The position numbers were made by a program, and so were the translations under genes. Under the pieces are notes generated by a model, which saw nothing but the letters and a program-made list of their open reading frames with translations, searched no databases and was not told where the DNA came from. Shown in pieces: positions 40,605 through 49,874 of a stretch of DNA of 64,000 nucleotides (position 1 is the stretch's first letter; each line of letters starts with the position of its first letter). The stretch comes from a virus: the IMG/VR virus record IMGVR_UViG_3300010158_000036, positions 1 to 64,000 of that record. One strand, 5' to 3'.

Positions 40605-41528
40605 TTATTGTTTGGCAAGCTTAGCAAAATATGAAAGCGACGAATCATCTTCTTCTCCACTCTCACCCGCATCTTCATAAGTAGAAGCAACTGATTCCTT
40701 AACAAGTTCTGGCAGAGACTTACCAAGTACAGCTGGTGTAGTTGTATTCACACTAGTGTGATTTACCATAGTATTATCAGTTTCTCCCATAACAGCAAGG
40801 AACTTACTTTTAAGTTCATTATATGATTTGAACTTATCAGGAGAAACCAATTCTGTGAGGGAATATAGACCATCATAAAGTTCCTTTTGACGCTCTTCAT
40901 CACCTGCAAAGATTTCTGAAGGTGCATCAAATTCACTCTTATCATAATTACGATAACCTTCAACGTGACGGATTTTGATCTTGAAATTAGCACCAGCCCA
41001 CATATCAAAGACATTAACTGCTACTTCTCCAGGGAAAGTTGGGGAAAGTTTTTCATTGATCATGTCAAAAATCTTCTTACCATAACGGAAGATTTTGATT
41101 TTCCCTTCATTTTCAGGATTTGCTGGATCTGCTATTACTAGTACATTAGAAAAATAATTAAGATGACGTTTGCGAGCACGAACGCCCTCTTTATCTTTTT
41201 CATTGCCACTATTCCATTTTAGGGCGTTATACTCAGATACATAATCTTGTTGACCATTTGTGGTTAATGAATTTTCAATGTACCAACGACCAGTTGTTTC
41301 ACCTTTAAATGAATGCGACCAAAGTCGTACGAATGGTAGATCCTCGCCAGATTTTGCAGGGAGAAATCTAATAACAGCAAAGCCATTACCAGTTTTATCA
41401 GCTACAGGACTCCAGAGACGTTCATCAGGTGTATATGACTTTGATGGATTGGTAATTTGTTCAGAAGCACCAACAAGTTTAGCTAGAGCAGCATCCCGAT
41501 TTTTCTTTAATTGATCGAATGTAGACAT
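40605..41528 (-). CDS. gp32: Single-stranded DNA-binding protein gp32
   Basis: DERLW.P..DKTGNGFAVIRFLP, WYIENSLTT, PENEGKI..FRYGKKIFD, GANFKIKIR.VEGYRNYDKSEF and acidic tail ending SYFAKLA. Confidence 0.97.
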   Translation of the reverse strand: MSTFDQLKKNRDAALAKLVGASEQITNPSKSYTPDERLWSPVADKTGNGFAVIRFLPAKSGEDLPFVRLWSHSFKGETTGRWYIENSLTTNGQQDYVSEYNALKWNSGNEKDKEGVRARKRHLNYFSNVLVIADPANPENEGKIKIFRYGKKIFDMINEKLSPTFPGEVAVNVFDMWAGANFKIKIRHVEGYRNYDKSEFDAPSEIFAGDEERQKELYDGLYSLTELVSPDKFKSYNELKSKFLAVMGETDNTMVNHTSVNTTTPAVLGKSLPELVKESVASTYEDAGESGEEDDSSLSYFAKLAKQ

Positions 41529-41603
41529 ATTATTATTTGTATTGTTGTATTGTTTGTATTTTATTATTGTTTGTTTTGTATTTTTATATAGAGGAAATTA
41601 TTG
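41529..41603 (-). promoter_or_regulatory. G-free unstructured leader; probable gp32 translational operator
   Basis: 75 nt with no G on the mRNA strand and four TACAA repeats immediately before the gp32 ATG. Confidence 0.6.
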
Positions 41604-41629
41604 CTAAGAATATCCTTTATATAATATAT

Positions 41630-41658
41630 ATTATATATCATTTTTTCTGATATGTAAA
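41630..41658 (-). promoter_or_regulatory. Sigma70-type promoter for gp32
   Basis: TTTACA (41658-41653), 17 bp, TATAAT (41635-41630). Confidence 0.75.
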
Positions 41659-41659
41659 T

Positions 41660-42301
41660 CTAATTCTTAAAAGTCTTTAGAATAATATTCCTAGAATTAT
41701 TAAGATTGATTTCTTCCTTCAGAAAAGGTTGATATTGTAATATTTTATTATTTATATCTCCTATAATTCCTAAAGGATCTGACATTGTATTTTCTATATT
41801 CTTAACAAATCTAATCAGACTTTGAAGTATTACCAATGATTCCAAAGAGATTTTCCCATGGTATAACATTTTATAAATCAAAGGTACTTCGACATTATCT
41901 TTGGATATAAATGCGTCATCAAATGATAACTCTTTTTCGATACAGACTTTATAAAACTCAAATATCTCACACTTAAATGAGTATTCCATCCTTTGAATTT
42001 TTGCAATCCAACTAGAATATATATCTTCATTCATATCACCAATCCATTCTTTACCACCAAGAATATTTGCAAGAAAATATAGAATTATGTCATTTTTTCT
42101 AGGATACTTTTTTGATAATTTCTCCAAAGCCCATTTACTTCTAGATTCATTTCTAGATCCCGGTTTAAGTCTTGGCCCACGAAAGTTAAATTTAAATGCA
42201 TCGAATTTCGAACTCGATTGAAAATGCAACTTTATAGCCATATATATCTGCCATATATCACTGGCATTTATCTTAATGGAATCATGACTAATAACAATCA
42301 T
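41660..42301 (-). CDS. gp59: Helicase loader gp59
   Basis: YMAIKLHF....FDAFKFN, LEKLSKKY, YFLAN...WIGD and KISLESLVIL. Lies between gp33 and gp32. Confidence 0.9.
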   Translation of the reverse strand: MIVISHDSIKINASDIWQIYMAIKLHFQSSSKFDAFKFNFRGPRLKPGSRNESRSKWALEKLSKKYPRKNDIILYFLANILGGKEWIGDMNEDIYSSWIAKIQRMEYSFKCEIFEFYKVCIEKELSFDDAFISKDNVEVPLIYKMLYHGKISLESLVILQSLIRFVKNIENTMSDPLGIIGDINNKILQYQPFLKEEINLNNSRNIILKTFKN

Positions 42302-42552
42302 AGGAAATCAAATAGATCTCCGCTGGATCGAGGGAGTAAGAAATTCCTTTGTGCTTCAGATTCTAATTTGGCTTTCAACGAGCCTGTAATCAATTTTGCA
42401 ATATCTTCAGGTTCTACTCCTAATTCTTCACAGATATGTACAACAGCTTCCACATATTGCATGCCTTCCTCATGTACAAGAGTTTCAGTACGAGCAATTA
42501 GTTCAGCTTTAGTAAGAATAGGTAAGATTTGAGCAATTTCAGGATTATTCAT
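42298..42552 (-). CDS. gp33: Late promoter transcription coactivator gp33
   Basis: YVEAVVHICEELGVEPEDIAKLITGSLKAKLESEA..NFL. Confidence 0.9.
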   Translation of the reverse strand: MNNPEIAQILPILTKAELIARTETLVHEEGMQYVEAVVHICEELGVEPEDIAKLITGSLKAKLESEAQRNFLLPRSSGDLFDFL

Positions 42553-42556
42553 ATTT

Positions 42557-43774
42557 TTAAATTCGAGGTTCGATTACTTTGAGCAAAATACAATCAGAAT
42601 TTACTCGACCAGTTACTGGTTTTCGAGTAGTCTTTACTCCATCGAAAATTTTATCTAACTTCTTTGGCGGAGCGGATAAAATACCGGCAAGAATTTCTTT
42701 AGGTTTGCGTAGTACCATTGCAAAACTTTCATCTGGATTCCAATCAAGTAGAGTTGATCCTTTAACAGAAAATCCTGGAGAACCTTTAGCAAAAAGTACA
42801 CTAAGCAATCTAGTTTTCGTATTGAAGATATAAAGTCTTTGAGATCCAGGAATTCTTGATGGTGCAACTGAATCCAATGAATAATCCGAAGAATTTAATT
42901 GATACTTCAATTTAGATACTTGTTTATCTGCAGACTTAGATTTCTTAATTCGAGGTTTGCGTTCAGCAACCTTAATTTTTGCATGTAATCTAACCTCAGC
43001 CAACATTGTATCAAAACCTTTTACAATATTTTTGAGATTAGCTTTAGATAAAAAGTTATAACTTTCCACCGCTTGAGGACATAATTTTTCCAGGGCATCA
43101 TTATACCCAGCTCTATGATACTCCAACCAATCAATAATTTGTTTACATCCTTGAGTCGGAACCTTATAGGTCTTAAGAAGATCTGTAAGATTAATACTAG
43201 CAATACCATTTTTAGGATTAGCCCATTTATCAATCAACTCTTCCAGAACCATAATGATATCTTTACGAACATTCTCGCGAATGCGCTCAAGGGGAGAAAT
43301 GGCTTTTACTTTCTTTTCTACAATTGAACTAGCAATTTCAGGAATTATTTCAAATTTAATTCTAAGAACTTTTCTAATTTCTTCTTTAACTACATCGTAA
43401 TCGGATTTGGCGATAGGAGGAATATCATGAAATGGAAGATTATTATAGTAATCTTGAGCATTTGGATGTAGTGGTGGCATTCCACGATCCATACATCGCA
43501 CTAGTTTTCCTACCATTGCTGGCAAAGCTCCCGATTCTGAATTCCTAATTGTAGAAATATCAGATGCAGAATACTTCTCTTTCTTCATCCATTTCAGTGT
43601 AAGATCCATCAAATCTTTTTCAGTTAGATAATAACCATAAAATCTGATAGCTTTTGATCGAGTAGAATAGAATTTTTCTAAATCCCAAGATTGCCAATTA
43701 TGCCAAACTTGTTCTCCTCCAGTATGGATAAAATCTGGAGAATTAACTGTTCCATTTTTGCTGTAAGTGCTCAT
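42557..43774 (-). CDS. Conserved T4-like hypothetical protein (upstream of gp33)
   Basis: RKPRIKK.KSADKQVSKLKY...SV.P.RIPG...LYIFNTKTR.L...GFSVKGSTL...LRKP...TGRVN, a pattern typical of environmental T4-like phages. Confidence 0.75.
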   Translation of the reverse strand: MSTYSKNGTVNSPDFIHTGGEQVWHNWQSWDLEKFYSTRSKAIRFYGYYLTEKDLMDLTLKWMKKEKYSASDISTIRNSESGALPAMVGKLVRCMDRGMPPLHPNAQDYYNNLPFHDIPPIAKSDYDVVKEEIRKVLRIKFEIIPEIASSIVEKKVKAISPLERIRENVRKDIIMVLEELIDKWANPKNGIASINLTDLLKTYKVPTQGCKQIIDWLEYHRAGYNDALEKLCPQAVESYNFLSKANLKNIVKGFDTMLAEVRLHAKIKVAERKPRIKKSKSADKQVSKLKYQLNSSDYSLDSVAPSRIPGSQRLYIFNTKTRLLSVLFAKGSPGFSVKGSTLLDWNPDESFAMVLRKPKEILAGILSAPPKKLDKIFDGVKTTRKPVTGRVNSDCILLKVIEPRI

Positions 43775-43790
43775 TTAATTATGTGGTGTG

Positions 43791-43913
43791 TTACCAAAGA
43801 AAAAACCATCCAGATTTATTCCGAAGAGTCTTCTTTGTTTTTTCTAAGCGATGTTTACGAATATACAAAGAAGATTTTGCAGTGACTATCTTCTTCGCTA
43901 GTCTAATGGTCAT
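43791..43913 (-). CDS. 40-aa basic microprotein
   Basis: MTIRLAKKIVTAKSSLYIRKHRLEKTKKTLRNKSGWFFLW. ATGA-coupled to the upstream stop and fills the gap. Confidence 0.55.
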   Translation of the reverse strand: MTIRLAKKIVTAKSSLYIRKHRLEKTKKTLRNKSGWFFLW

Positions 43914-44185
43914 AGAGCTGCAAGTTCAACAGAGATAATAGAATCAAATCGGAATGATCGCCATGAATCTTTATCCAAATCATATACGATTACAATACCA
44001 TCTGGATATCCACTTTTTAGTTTAGAATCATCTCCATCAGAATTCTTTGGATACTTATCCTTAGGAATATGTGTACCATCGCGAGTACATTTCATACACC
44101 GATGATCTCCATTCACTTTAATAAAAGTGACTTTGAGTACATTATTTTCCAGTGCAGTTACTAATTCTTCTTGAGTGTAGTTCAT
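43910..44185 (-). CDS. SH3 beta-barrel / WYL_2 (DUF2693)-like protein
   Basis: VTFIKVNGDHRCMKCT...VYDLDKDSWRSFRFDSI. Confidence 0.8.
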   Translation of the reverse strand: MNYTQEELVTALENNVLKVTFIKVNGDHRCMKCTRDGTHIPKDKYPKNSDGDDSKLKSGYPDGIVIVYDLDKDSWRSFRFDSIISVELAAL

Positions 44186-44400
44186 TAAGGGATGTAGATT
44201 GCAGACGGTTTTACTCCATTAATTTGAGATGCATATTTTTCGCCTTCTCGATGTCCTGCTTCATATGCAGATTCTTCAATATATGAAACTGCATCTTTAA
44301 TAGCTTGGACAGCCTCGATAATAGATACTGTTTCATTTTTTACAGATTGAAACAGCTCATATAACATATCTGCGTTTTTAGCTTTATTGTTTGTTTCCAT
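44185..44400 (-). CDS. Hypothetical protein on a probably leaderless transcript
   Basis: 71 aa. ATG lies 6 nt after the TATAAT of promoter 44407-44435. Confidence 0.65.
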   Translation of the reverse strand: METNNKAKNADMLYELFQSVKNETVSIIEAVQAIKDAVSYIEESAYEAGHREGEKYASQINGVKPSAIYIP

Positions 44401-44406
44401 ATGATT

Positions 44407-44435
44407 ATTATAAACTAAATTGATTGTGTTGTAAA
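44407..44435 (-). promoter_or_regulatory. Sigma70-type promoter
   Basis: TTTACA (44435-44430), 17 bp, TATAAT (44412-44407). Confidence 0.75.
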
Positions 44436-44444
44436 TATCTATTT

Positions 44445-45026
44445 TCAGAATTCAAACTCTAAAATTTCTCCATTCTTTGGATTAGCCATATTAGCTGTAA
44501 AATGTTCGATTGAGTATTTTTTAAGATACATAATCATCAATCGAATTGCTTCTCCATGAGATATAATAATAATATTGTCCGGAAGAGAATCTTTCTCACA
44601 ATGTAATTTTTGAAAGAATAGTGAGATTCTTTGATATACATTCATGAAGCTTTCACCATTAATAGGTGTATAGAAAAAATTAAAATGTAATTTTCTATCG
44701 AGGTTTGGAGTATCGACAATATAATTTAGTTCACCCCAAGTTCGTTCATGGATTAATGGTTCTTCAATCATATCACCATATACTCCAGCCAGAACGAATT
44801 CTGTATCAATTAATTCTGCTGTATCCTTTGCACGCAGGAAAGGAGAATAGAAAATACAACAGTCTTTATTTGGTCCGAGTTTATTAACTAAAGATTTTCC
44901 ACAAAGTTTTGCTTGGTCAATTCCCTTTGATGTAAGTTCAATCTCTGCATCATTCTTGGAAAAATAGATATTAGAATCTACGTTAGCCTCTGATTCACCA
45001 TGCCTAATAATGTACAATTTCTTCAT
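44445..45026 (-). CDS. Histidine phosphatase (phosphoglycerate mutase family)
   Basis: IIRHGES, LTSKGIDQA, YSPFLRAKDTA, ERTWG, NGES and IISHG. Confidence 0.92.
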   Translation of the reverse strand: MKKLYIIRHGESEANVDSNIYFSKNDAEIELTSKGIDQAKLCGKSLVNKLGPNKDCCIFYSPFLRAKDTAELIDTEFVLAGVYGDMIEEPLIHERTWGELNYIVDTPNLDRKLHFNFFYTPINGESFMNVYQRISLFFQKLHCEKDSLPDNIIIISHGEAIRLMIMYLKKYSIEHFTANMANPKNGEILEFEF

Positions 45027-45032
45027 ATATGT

Positions 45033-45566
45033 TTAGTTAAATTCAAAGAAGTAAACCATTTGTTCGTCAATATTGACAATTTTATCTTCGTCTTTTGTAT
45101 TCACATCAAAGACGTCCCAGGGAATAATAACAATTGAATATGAATATTTTGTGGGCAATATATAAGCATAACCGTCTAGCATTTGTTCTTCTTCTTTAGA
45201 TTCTGCTTCAAACCAAATAGTCATATAAGAAACAGGAAGCATTGATGGTACACCATCAGAAAATTTATCATCTTCATATTGACATTCAGTTTCAATTTCA
45301 AGACCGCGTGACAAAAATGGATTTTCGACAAAATCATTATCAATATTGCCAGCTGAAGTTATTCCATATTGACATTTAAGATATTTATGATTTTCACTAT
45401 CAAAAGTAATAACAAGTTGCCCCTTGCTATTTTTCTCAAGAGCTAAATTCGTGATAAGAATTGGTGTTTGTGAATATTCCCTAGAGAAAATGCCAAAAGA
45501 TTCAAGTTTGGAATCTGAGAATCGACTTAAATCTTCTGTATATTGTGGAGTAAAATAAAGTTTCAT
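45033..45566 (-). CDS. Acidic hypothetical protein
   Basis: 177-aa D/E-rich ORF, co-oriented in the operon. Confidence 0.65.
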   Translation of the reverse strand: MKLYFTPQYTEDLSRFSDSKLESFGIFSREYSQTPILITNLALEKNSKGQLVITFDSENHKYLKCQYGITSAGNIDNDFVENPFLSRGLEIETECQYEDDKFSDGVPSMLPVSYMTIWFEAESKEEEQMLDGYAYILPTKYSYSIVIIPWDVFDVNTKDEDKIVNIDEQMVYFFEFN

Positions 45567-45682
45567 AATATAGTTTGTTTGAGATCATTAGGCTTTTTAA
45601 AAGCCCAAACACTATCAACTACAACCTGAGATTCCTCAGATTTGTTGTTAAACTTATCTTTAAACAATTTAATTACATTCAT
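45563..45682 (-). CDS. 39-aa microprotein
   Basis: MNVIKLFKDKFNNKSEESQVVVDSVWAFKKPNDLKQTIL. Its stop overlaps the next ATG (ATGA). Confidence 0.45.
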   Translation of the reverse strand: MNVIKLFKDKFNNKSEESQVVVDSVWAFKKPNDLKQTIL

Positions 45683-45687
45683 AAAAC

Positions 45688-47664
45688 TCAACCTTCAACC
45701 ATTTTGATAAGGGCGTCTTCATCAATAATCGGAATTCCCCACTTAATAGCATTTTTAATCTTACTTGAAGGTTTATCATCAATATTAGAAACCACGAGAT
45801 AGTCAACATCGGCTTTCAAAGAATCTACAAGTTCATAACCGGTCTTTGCAAGAGGCTCTGCATATTCATGCTTCTTTTTTCCGCTAAGAAGTCGACCCGT
45901 AATGCATACAGTTTTTTTATTCATATTAATTGTATTCGTTTTTTTGTTTGTTATTAGTGTGATATATTTCAGAGTTTGTCGTAAAATACTTTCTTGATCC
46001 TTTAATGCTTTAAGAATTGTTTTCCCTACATTAGGTACCCCAGCTTTTCGTGCAAAGTCTTCATTCAAAAGACTATTATCGAACCAATGCTCAATATTTT
46101 CAAGTTCTGGATTTCCTTCAATCATTAGGGTAGCTTTGCGTACACCCAGCGACCTCGTGCCAAATGCACCAAGAAATTCTGGAAGAGTCATTTCAGTTCC
46201 TTTCTTTGCAATCTCTTCGCAAATATTAGTGGCACGAGTGAGTCCTAACCTTACGCGTCCATCTCCATCCATGAGCATATTCTCAATCATTTTCGGAGTA
46301 AGCTTATATAAATCTGGAACGGTATAAACAAATTCGTTGGACACAAGCGCATTAATGATAGAATCACCAAGCCCTAGAATATTTCGAGAAGATACAAATC
46401 GTTTAATCTTCCCTGAAATTTGCGCGTCACATTTAATATTTTCACAGAATAATACAACCGAATCATTTCCACTTGTATTTTTCCGATGGCTTAGAGGATG
46501 ACCACATACCGGACATACCTTAGGAATTTCTATATGAACCTGAATTGAAGGATCAAATTCAGATACCACGGAGATAATCTGTGGAATAATATCACCAGCT
46601 TTTACAACTTCAACCTTAGCTCCAATAAAGGCTCCAAGAGTTTTAATATTGGCGATATTAGCTAATGACGCTTTTTTTACAGTAGAGCCGCCGATGCGCA
46701 CAGCTTCAATCATTGCAACCGGACAAATTGCGCCAGAACTTCCCACCTGCCATTCCACTGAATTAAGTGTACTGATACACTTCTCAGCGGGAAACTTCCA
46801 AGCTACCTGTCCTTTTGGCTTACGATCATTTCCAATACCAAGCGCTTTCTGTGTTGATATAAAATCGTATTGAATTATCGTTCCATCAATCCAAAACGGA
46901 AGCTTATCAGCATCACGCAATTCCTTCACTTTATTATAGAATACATGAACTTCTTCAAGAGTTAAATTTCCCTGACCCGGAACTGTCGTAAATCCAAGAG
47001 TCCTGAGAAATGACATCTGATCTGAAACTGTATTCAACTCGAATTGATCTTTATCAGATTTGGATAGAAAATCAATGTCGAATGCAAGAGCTGTAATATA
47101 TTGAGACTTCGCAGAATCGTCACGACCTAGAATTCCGTTGGCGACAGCTCGCGGATTACTACTTATAAGAGGATCAGCTTTAGGCCAATCTTCAAGAGTG
47201 GTTACAGCCTCACACCGAATTGCCACATCAATTTCATATGGAAGCCTAAGAGGAACTCCTTGAAAGTTTCCGGCTTGAATTGAAATATCTTCTCCTTCAA
47301 TACCATCTCCTCGTGTAACTCCAGAAACCAGATTACCCTTCTTGTAATATAGGGCGAGTGATCCACCATCAGCCTTATATGATACATGGAAACAATCTGT
47401 ATTACGCCGATTTTTCTTCCAGTTCAAGAGTTCTTCGAATGTATGAACTTTCTCCTGAGACCCCATATGAATCTGATGCTTAGTTTTTACAGAATCAGAT
47501 TTAAAAATTGAAGTACCAACTTGGTTCAGAGCCGGTTCTCCTGGATTAAATTCTCGAATTTCTTCTTCCAACTCATCGAATTGTGGATCCGACATAATTG
47601 GATATCCGGAATAATAAGTATGTTTGGCCTTTAAATACAAGGAGATTTTTTCTTGATAGTTCAT
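45688..47664 (-). CDS. ligA: NAD-dependent DNA ligase
   Basis: YYSG.PIMSD.QFD.L (domain Ia), KADG adenylation motif, TRGDG..GED, VEWQVG, AGDIIP, CPVC zinc finger, HhH segments and C-terminal BRCT (VCITG...SSKIKNAIKWGIPII). Confidence 0.95.
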   Translation of the reverse strand: MNYQEKISLYLKAKHTYYSGYPIMSDPQFDELEEEIREFNPGEPALNQVGTSIFKSDSVKTKHQIHMGSQEKVHTFEELLNWKKNRRNTDCFHVSYKADGGSLALYYKKGNLVSGVTRGDGIEGEDISIQAGNFQGVPLRLPYEIDVAIRCEAVTTLEDWPKADPLISSNPRAVANGILGRDDSAKSQYITALAFDIDFLSKSDKDQFELNTVSDQMSFLRTLGFTTVPGQGNLTLEEVHVFYNKVKELRDADKLPFWIDGTIIQYDFISTQKALGIGNDRKPKGQVAWKFPAEKCISTLNSVEWQVGSSGAICPVAMIEAVRIGGSTVKKASLANIANIKTLGAFIGAKVEVVKAGDIIPQIISVVSEFDPSIQVHIEIPKVCPVCGHPLSHRKNTSGNDSVVLFCENIKCDAQISGKIKRFVSSRNILGLGDSIINALVSNEFVYTVPDLYKLTPKMIENMLMDGDGRVRLGLTRATNICEEIAKKGTEMTLPEFLGAFGTRSLGVRKATLMIEGNPELENIEHWFDNSLLNEDFARKAGVPNVGKTILKALKDQESILRQTLKYITLITNKKTNTINMNKKTVCITGRLLSGKKKHEYAEPLAKTGYELVDSLKADVDYLVVSNIDDKPSSKIKNAIKWGIPIIDEDALIKMVEG

Positions 47665-47692
47665 ATATTATAGATTAGATAAATTCTTAAAT

Positions 47693-48088
47693 TTAAGCAT
47701 AACCCGTAGAATTAATTACTCGAAATTTCAGCTTTTGTTTATTTTGGGCATGCATATCAAGATGATTCTTTGAAATCAGTTTTGAAATTCTCATGAGAGT
47801 AATAATATCAAAAGATAATAGAAACAGCTTGAATTGATATAGATTCGTATATTGTGGTAAATCATCATCTTGCTGAATATACGCCGAATTTTTAGAACGC
47901 AGCACACGGAATCTACTTCGATAAAAACTAAAATGTACAGTGTCTCCGTGGTTGAAATTCGAGAGAATCATACTCACGAGTGTATCATTACCGCGCAGGA
48001 TTCTTTCCGGCCGTGTTAGATATCAGGTGATCGTAATAGTTTCATCCTTGGGAGGAAGAATAGTTTCAAGCGTCATTTTTGTAATCAT
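47693..48088 (-). pseudogene. Hypothetical gene with in-frame TGA at codon 22
   Basis: ATG 48088 gives MITKMTLETILPPKDETITIT*(48023-48025)YLTRPERILRGNDTLVSMILSN..., continuing in frame into the track ORF 47693..47977. Confidence 0.55.
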
Positions 48089-48092
48089 AATA

Positions 48093-48203
48093 TTAAATGT
48101 CTGCAATTTTGTTAAGAATAACTCCAAGAATCACGGTAACAATTGCAAGAGCAGAATAAAAGATTACTGCAACTTCGATTTCAATTTGAGATGGACTAAT
48201 CAT
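48093..48203 (-). CDS. 36-aa single-pass membrane microprotein; first gene after an early promoter
   Basis: MISPSQIEIEVAVIFYSALAIVTVILGVILNKIADI. Confidence 0.6.
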   Translation of the reverse strand: MISPSQIEIEVAVIFYSALAIVTVILGVILNKIADI

Positions 48204-48210
48204 AATTTGT

Positions 48211-48264
48211 GGTATTCCTTACGAAATCAATATACACTAAAACCTGAAACTTGTAAACGAAAAA
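48211..48264 (-). promoter_or_regulatory. Early promoter cassette 1
   Basis: T-run, GTTTACA (48258-48252), 17 bp, TATATT (48234-48229), leader CGTAAGGAATACC. Confidence 0.8.
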
Positions 48265-48288
48265 GCGCATAAAATGCGAAAATAATTT

Positions 48289-48313
48289 TAATCCATTGCA
48301 AATCAATTGGTTA
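48289..48313. promoter_or_regulatory. 25-bp imperfect palindrome, copy A
   Basis: TAATCCATTG CAAAT CAATTGGTTA. Confidence 0.6.
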
Positions 48314-48395
48314 CGGATATTCATTAAAAAACACTCGATTTAATGGTTTTGCCAGAGAATACGAAAAAACCGGAAAATCGTCATTTCCGATTTCA

Positions 48396-48420
48396 TAACT
48401 CATTGCAAATCAATGGGTTA
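48396..48420. promoter_or_regulatory. 25-bp imperfect palindrome, copy B
   Basis: TAACTCATTG CAAAT CAATGGGTTA (arms pair at 9 of 10 positions). Confidence 0.65.
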
Positions 48421-48566
48421 TATTCCGAGAAATTCATAAAATCGTGAATTTCTCAATTTACGGGTAAATACCCATAACAAACTCAAATATGCTCTAGATT
48501 TGGGCTTTAATTCTTAGAATGTGCAAATTTAAACTTTTTTCTACCAATCTATCCCAATCGGAACTT

Positions 48567-48791
48567 TCAATTACTTTTACTGCTTTTATTTTCATATTTA
48601 CTTAAATAATAGTTTTGGAGCATAATTTCTTGAAACAGATCTGCTGCGTCATCAACAGCATTTTGAAGGTTTTCAAGTTGAGTACAAGCTTCATCAAGAA
48701 ATAAACCGATTTCAGTTGGTGTAAACTTTAAGTTATCTTCTAATCCTCGACACCAACTATTATAAGACGTTATTTTTTCAATGAGAGTCAT
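48567..48791 (-). CDS. Hypothetical protein
   Basis: 74 aa, ATGA-coupled to the upstream ORF. YNSWCRG...PTEIG..LD motif. Confidence 0.65.
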   Translation of the reverse strand: MTLIEKITSYNSWCRGLEDNLKFTPTEIGLFLDEACTQLENLQNAVDDAADLFQEIMLQNYYLSKYENKSSKSN

Positions 48792-49066
48792 AGAGCCTTA
48801 AGCAGTTCCAGTGTGTTCGCAGCTTGTTCGCTATCTTGTTCAAGAACTTTAGCCCATTCACTATTTTTACGAGTACTCCGGCCAAGATCCCTATCATGAA
48901 TAATAAGACATTCTTTGGTGTGTTCAAGGCAATTAGAAATAGATTGAATCGCCGCATAGATAGTATCTTTTTCAACTGTTATCATTTCTGGAATATAACC
49001 TTGAAATTTGGATGGTTCTACACGCTCGGGATCTTTAACCTTAATGAAAAAACGGTTTGGTTTCAT
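48788..49066 (-). CDS. Hypothetical protein
   Basis: 92 aa, co-oriented and ATGA-coupled. Confidence 0.65.
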   Translation of the reverse strand: MKPNRFFIKVKDPERVEPSKFQGYIPEMITVEKDTIYAAIQSISNCLEHTKECLIIHDRDLGRSTRKNSEWAKVLEQDSEQAANTLELLKAL

Positions 49067-49069
49067 GAG

Positions 49070-49170
49070 TTAGTTATAATGAAGAATTGCAAGACCTATA
49101 AAAAAGAGCCCGAATGTGATCAGTGTGATCAGAGAGCGGCCAACAACATAATTTTATCATCTTGATCCAT
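49070..49170 (-). pseudogene. Frameshifted membrane microprotein
   Basis: MDQDDKIMLLAAL* as written. Removing one CT from GCTCTCTG restores MDQDDKIMLLAALITLITFGLFFIGLAILHYN*. Confidence 0.5.
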
Positions 49171-49181
49171 ATAATTTCTTT

Positions 49182-49424
49182 TTAGGAATTTGCGTAAGTG
49201 CCGAACCGAGAATAATCAACTTCCCGAAGTTTATAATAAGTTCGTGTTAATGTTTTATCCCCTTTATTTGAAGCGATAATCCACCCATTCGGTTGCCGTG
49301 TTAGCCCCCAGGATGCGCCCAAACGGCGATGTAGAAATTTACCAAGCGCTGATGTAGGACTATCAGCCTCGATGATTATTTCCTGTCCATTTTTATCTAG
49401 TACGATGTATGTGCTATTTTTCAT
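49182..49424 (-). CDS. Hypothetical protein
   Basis: 80-aa ORF in the early operon. Confidence 0.6.
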   Translation of the reverse strand: MKNSTYIVLDKNGQEIIIEADSPTSALGKFLHRRLGASWGLTRQPNGWIIASNKGDKTLTRTYYKLREVDYSRFGTYANS

Positions 49425-49448
49425 AATGTAGTTTTCTTAAGAATGAAA

Positions 49449-49751
49449 TTAGGCAGGAATTGCAAGAATAAATTCTCCACAGCAATTCAGTACAGAATAT
49501 CCTTGAAATACACCATTATTATATGGTGTAACGTAATTGCCAGACGTACAAATCCAGGCACCCGAAATACCTAAAGTGTAATCAATCATATTGGATCCGG
49601 CGGATGCGGCGGGATGAAATGCACTATTTTCGTTTTCCATCACTGAGTCATACATTCCGTCAAATTTAGACTTAACGTTAATATAGAGATTTGCTCTATT
49701 TTTACGGACAAACGATTTGAGAGTTGCAATAGTTGTCTTTTTAGGATTCAT
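49449..49751 (-). CDS. Hypothetical early protein
   Basis: 100 aa directly after early promoter 2. ATLKSFVRKN...FDGMYD...TLGISGAW...NCCG. Confidence 0.7.
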   Translation of the reverse strand: MNPKKTTIATLKSFVRKNRANLYINVKSKFDGMYDSVMENENSAFHPAASAGSNMIDYTLGISGAWICTSGNYVTPYNNGVFQGYSVLNCCGEFILAIPA

Positions 49752-49765
49752 GGTGTTGTGCTTGA

Positions 49766-49818
49766 GGTTTCCTTACGGGCTCAATATACACTAAAACCCA
49801 TGACTTGTAAACAAAAAA
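49766..49818 (-). promoter_or_regulatory. Early promoter cassette 2
   Basis: T6-GTTTACA (49812-49806), 17 bp, TATATT (49788-49783), leader GAGCCCGTAAGGAAACC. Degenerate palindrome at 49844-49867. Confidence 0.8.
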
Positions 49819-49874
49819 GGTGTGTAAAACCTGAAAATAATAGAATTCTGTTGCAAATTAAGGGTTATGAACGC

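Noticed and set aside
48289-48420. Two palindromes 107 bp apart as a mini-CRISPR array
   Set aside because: There are only two degenerate copies with an 82-bp gap and no cas genes, and the other copies are tied to promoters.
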